Shown: piece after piece, positions 5,402-7,268 of the stretch
How positions within the stretch are numbered: position 1 is the first letter of the stretch
Layout of the letters: every line of letters starts with the position of its first letter
Notes under the pieces: generated by a model
The model's input: the letters and a program-made list of their open reading frames with translations, nothing else
Told to the model about the DNA's origin: nothing
The model's database searches: none
Assembly (NCBI GenBank): GCA_964565125.1
Contig: CAZMCX010000010.1
Coordinates: 1-7,268 of the forward strand
Direction: 5' to 3'
Length of the DNA stretch: 7,268 nucleotides
DNA from: an uncultured archaeon
GTDB taxonomy: Archaea > Iainarchaeota > Iainarchaeia > Iainarchaeales > 0-14-0-20-30-16
Position numbers and translations under genes: made by a program

Positions 5402-5989
5402 TTATTCAATTTTTTTTATTTGTCCAGGTGCTACTTGGCCATCTCTATTTGGATTTACTCCTGTAAGTTGGTATAAAAGTAAGGCATTTGTGTATCCATT
5501 TTTTTCTAATTTTGTTTTTAGCATTTCATAAAAATCATACTGGTTTCGATCTAATGCACGAGGGAATTTTTTATAATCTTGCCCTAATCCTGCCAAAAAT
5601 TCAGTTGGCGCCATTGCTATAACATCTGCCAATTTTTCTATTTGTTCTAAAGTAGTTTTTCTATCTCCTCTAAAAAATGCAGAAAAAAATGGTTTTGGAT
5701 CTTGATGAACAGCACGAGCTAAAGTACGAATATATCCGTTTCTTTTTTCTGGAGCCATGGCAGCTAAATATGGTCTTCCAAAGAAGTTACACCAAACCCC
5801 AAGCTCTTTTGCTGCAAGTCCAAGAAGAATAGGCCTTTCTTTAAAAATTCGTATTGCGTTAAGATGTAAAAGGGCAAGGTCGTCTTTGCTTGGTCTACTA
5901 ATGGGTGCAAATTGTTCTACTCTGTGCTTTCGTCTATTGAATTCAAATTCTTCTACAACGATTTTGTGTCTTCGTCTTGGTTCCGGCAT
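5402..5989 (-). CDS. Hypothetical protein (orphan) between truD and endA; start revised to the internal ATG
   Basis: The ORF track starts at 6064, which would overlap the truD 3' end by 44 nt. The ATG at 5989 (MPEPRRRHK...) has a TATA-like box about 25 nt upstream and avoids that overlap. The protein is rich in Arg/Ala/Pro/Gly/Leu, unlike its Lys/Ile/Asn-rich neighbours. I recognise no family motif. Confidence 0.6.
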   Translation of the reverse strand: MPEPRRRHKIVVEEFEFNRRKHRVEQFAPISRPSKDDLALLHLNAIRIFKERPILLGLAAKELGVWCNFFGRPYLAAMAPEKRNGYIRTLARAVHQDPKPFFSAFFRGDRKTTLEQIEKLADVIAMAPTEFLAGLGQDYKKFPRALDRNQYDFYEMLKTKLEKNGYTNALLLYQLTGVNPNRDGQVAPGQIKKIE

Positions 5990-6010
5990 AATATAATTAG
6001 TTTTTTTTGT

Positions 6011-6018
6011 AATTATAA
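6011..6018 (-). promoter_or_regulatory. TATA-like box (TTATAATT on the minus strand) for the orphan gene
   Basis: It lies just after the truD stop (6021-6023) and is centred about 25 nt upstream of the ATG at 5989. Confidence 0.35.
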
Positions 6019-6020
6019 GC

Positions 6021-7241
6021 CTATTGTAATTTTTTAATAATTTCTTCGGTAACTGTGGTTGCATAATTTCCTTTGTCTAGAATGAAAGAGATCTTTAGGG
6101 CCTGGCAGTTTTCATTGAATTCGTCTGTGGAAATTTCTAAAACTTTGAAATCTTCTACTTCAAGTTTAATCTTTCTTCTTGTCCCTTCTACAGACATCAT
6201 AGGGAAATTTGCTATTTTAAATGTGGGTAGGGAAAACTGCTCTTGATCTAAAATGCTTTTTTCTAAATCTTCTATTTTGTCTTTTGCAAATTCTGTGCTG
6301 TGGCCATATAAAGGCCCTAAAACAAAACCTTCAGAATCTAAAATATCGCCTTTTTGTGGCTCTAAAGGATTTTTGAATTCTTGAACTCTTTTTTCTAAAT
6401 ATAGATTAAATAAATAAGATTGATATGCGTGTACAAAAAGATATGCAAGAGTTTTTGGGATTTGGTTCCAGGCATTATTGTAATCATTTGGATTTTTTAT
6501 TAGAGCGTTTAGAATTGCTTTTTCATACTTGTTTTCTTTTGGAAAAATTCTTATTGCGTCTTTGAAGTTTCCTTGTTTTGCTAACTCTCTTGCTTTAATT
6601 GTATTTTCCGGCTCATTTCCTGAAATTCCAGTTAAAAATAATTCAACTGCTTCTTTTGTTTTGCCTTCAAAAAATAATTTTCCAATAAGGTGGTTTGAAC
6701 TTCTTATTGAACCGAATCTTTGTTCTCCAAAAGAATTTGGAATTCCTTTTGTAATGTCTTTTTTTATTTGTAATGTTATTTTTTTCAAATCTTTTTTTTC
6801 ATCTATTCCTCTAATTATAATTTCAAAATAATTTTTGTCTAAGTCTCCTAATTCAAGTTTCTTGTCGGACCATTCAAAAGAATGTAAAAGTATATTTCTA
6901 TCTTTGAATTGTTTTAATCTATCTAGGTCTGGGTCAAATATGGTGATAAATTGGGAAGTTACTGCTCTTTTGTCTTTTGTTCCGGCAAACCCCAATCTTT
7001 TAATGCTAAAGCCTTGTTTATTAGAAATTGATTTTAGTGCAAATTGCATTTCTGTAATTCTTTTTTGCATAACACATTTTAGTTGCTCTTTACGTTCTCC
7101 TTGTAATTCATCTAACTCTTTCTCGATTTTTTGCCCATAATCTTCAAGACTTATAGAAAATTCTTTTATCCCCGCTTTTTTTCCATTAGAAATTTCTTGA
7201 ACCTTAAAATCTTCGTATCTTTGTTTTATTCTAGGAACCAT
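6021..7241 (-). CDS. truD: tRNA pseudouridine synthase D (TruD/Pus7 family)
   Basis: The N-terminal YEDFKVQEI motif is present, along with the catalytic-Asp motif GFAGTKDKRAVTSQ and the PNSFGEQRFG motif. All are TruD family hallmarks, and the 406-aa length is typical of archaeal TruD. Confidence 0.9.
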   Translation of the reverse strand: MVPRIKQRYEDFKVQEISNGKKAGIKEFSISLEDYGQKIEKELDELQGERKEQLKCVMQKRITEMQFALKSISNKQGFSIKRLGFAGTKDKRAVTSQFITIFDPDLDRLKQFKDRNILLHSFEWSDKKLELGDLDKNYFEIIIRGIDEKKDLKKITLQIKKDITKGIPNSFGEQRFGSIRSSNHLIGKLFFEGKTKEAVELFLTGISGNEPENTIKARELAKQGNFKDAIRIFPKENKYEKAILNALIKNPNDYNNAWNQIPKTLAYLFVHAYQSYLFNLYLEKRVQEFKNPLEPQKGDILDSEGFVLGPLYGHSTEFAKDKIEDLEKSILDQEQFSLPTFKIANFPMMSVEGTRRKIKLEVEDFKVLEISTDEFNENCQALKISFILDKGNYATTVTEEIIKKLQ

Positions 7242-7268
7242 AAAAATTACTTCCTAATTTTTTGTGTT

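Noticed and set aside
5990-6064. The long N-terminal extension of the orphan gene (start at 6064, MQPQLPKKLLKNYNRLIITKKTNYI).
   Set aside because: It would overlap the truD coding end by 44 nt. It would also read through the TATA-like box at 6011-6018, which is correctly spaced for the ATG at 5989. The extension has a different, Lys/Asn-rich composition. I cannot exclude it without transcript data.
3412-7140. Other antisense ORFs in the track: 3412-3618 (-), 4579-4800 (+), 4827-5042 (+), 5757-5996 (+), 6529-6831 (+) and 6835-7140 (+).
   Set aside because: Each lies entirely opposite a gene with clear family motifs (kinase-like, vapB, endA, orphan, truD). Each translates to Phe/Ser/Leu/Ile-rich strings characteristic of the reverse frame of Lys/Glu-rich genes.
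645-7241. The idea that tRNA-directed toxins (DUF1814 nucleotidyltransferases, PIN nuclease) are functionally linked to the neighbouring tRNA-processing genes endA and truD.
   Set aside because: The blocks are on opposite strands and have separate promoter-like elements. endA and truD are universal housekeeping genes, and adjacency in a compact genome is most simply coincidence. I have no sequence evidence for coupling.
1-7268. CRISPR arrays, tRNA/rRNA genes, transposase or integrase genes, and terminal inverted repeats of an IS element.
   Set aside because: I found no regularly spaced short repeats, no cloverleaf-compatible GC-rich segment in the short intergenic regions, and no ORF with recombinase motifs. 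The only long repeats are the direct 88-bp and tail repeats described above.

Overview
This is an AT-rich segment with short intergenic spacers. I read it as archaeal because it encodes a tRNA-splicing endonuclease (EndA), an archaeal-type TruD/Pus7 pseudouridine synthase and a Bud32/RIO-like mini-kinase. TATA-like boxes also sit about 25 nt upstream of several ATGs, which suggests leaderless mRNAs. A small-genome, DPANN-like host is an inference only. Layout from left to right: (1) the 3' end of an unknown gene that runs off the left edge. (2) Two tandem but strongly diverged AbiEi/AbiEii modules (wHTH antitoxin plus DUF1814 nucleotidyltransferase toxin, type IV TA / abortive infection). Each module is preceded by a 100% identical 88-bp element (465-552 and 1980-2067) and ends in the same ~29-nt tail (1940-1980 and 3391-3419). 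(3) A same-strand Bud32/RIO-like kinase-fold gene with Gln where the catalytic Asp is expected and a Lys-rich insertion. Its TATA-like box lies inside the conserved tail. (4) A convergent PIN (VapC-like) / RHH (VapB-like) type II TA pair. (5) A minus-strand block of truD, an orphan gene and endA. The most interesting signal is the cassette-like framing of two non-identical AbiE modules by identical ends, possibly coupled to the downstream kinase-like gene. I saw no rRNA, tRNA, CRISPR array, transposase or integrase. All protein calls rest on motif recognition by eye; no searches were run.
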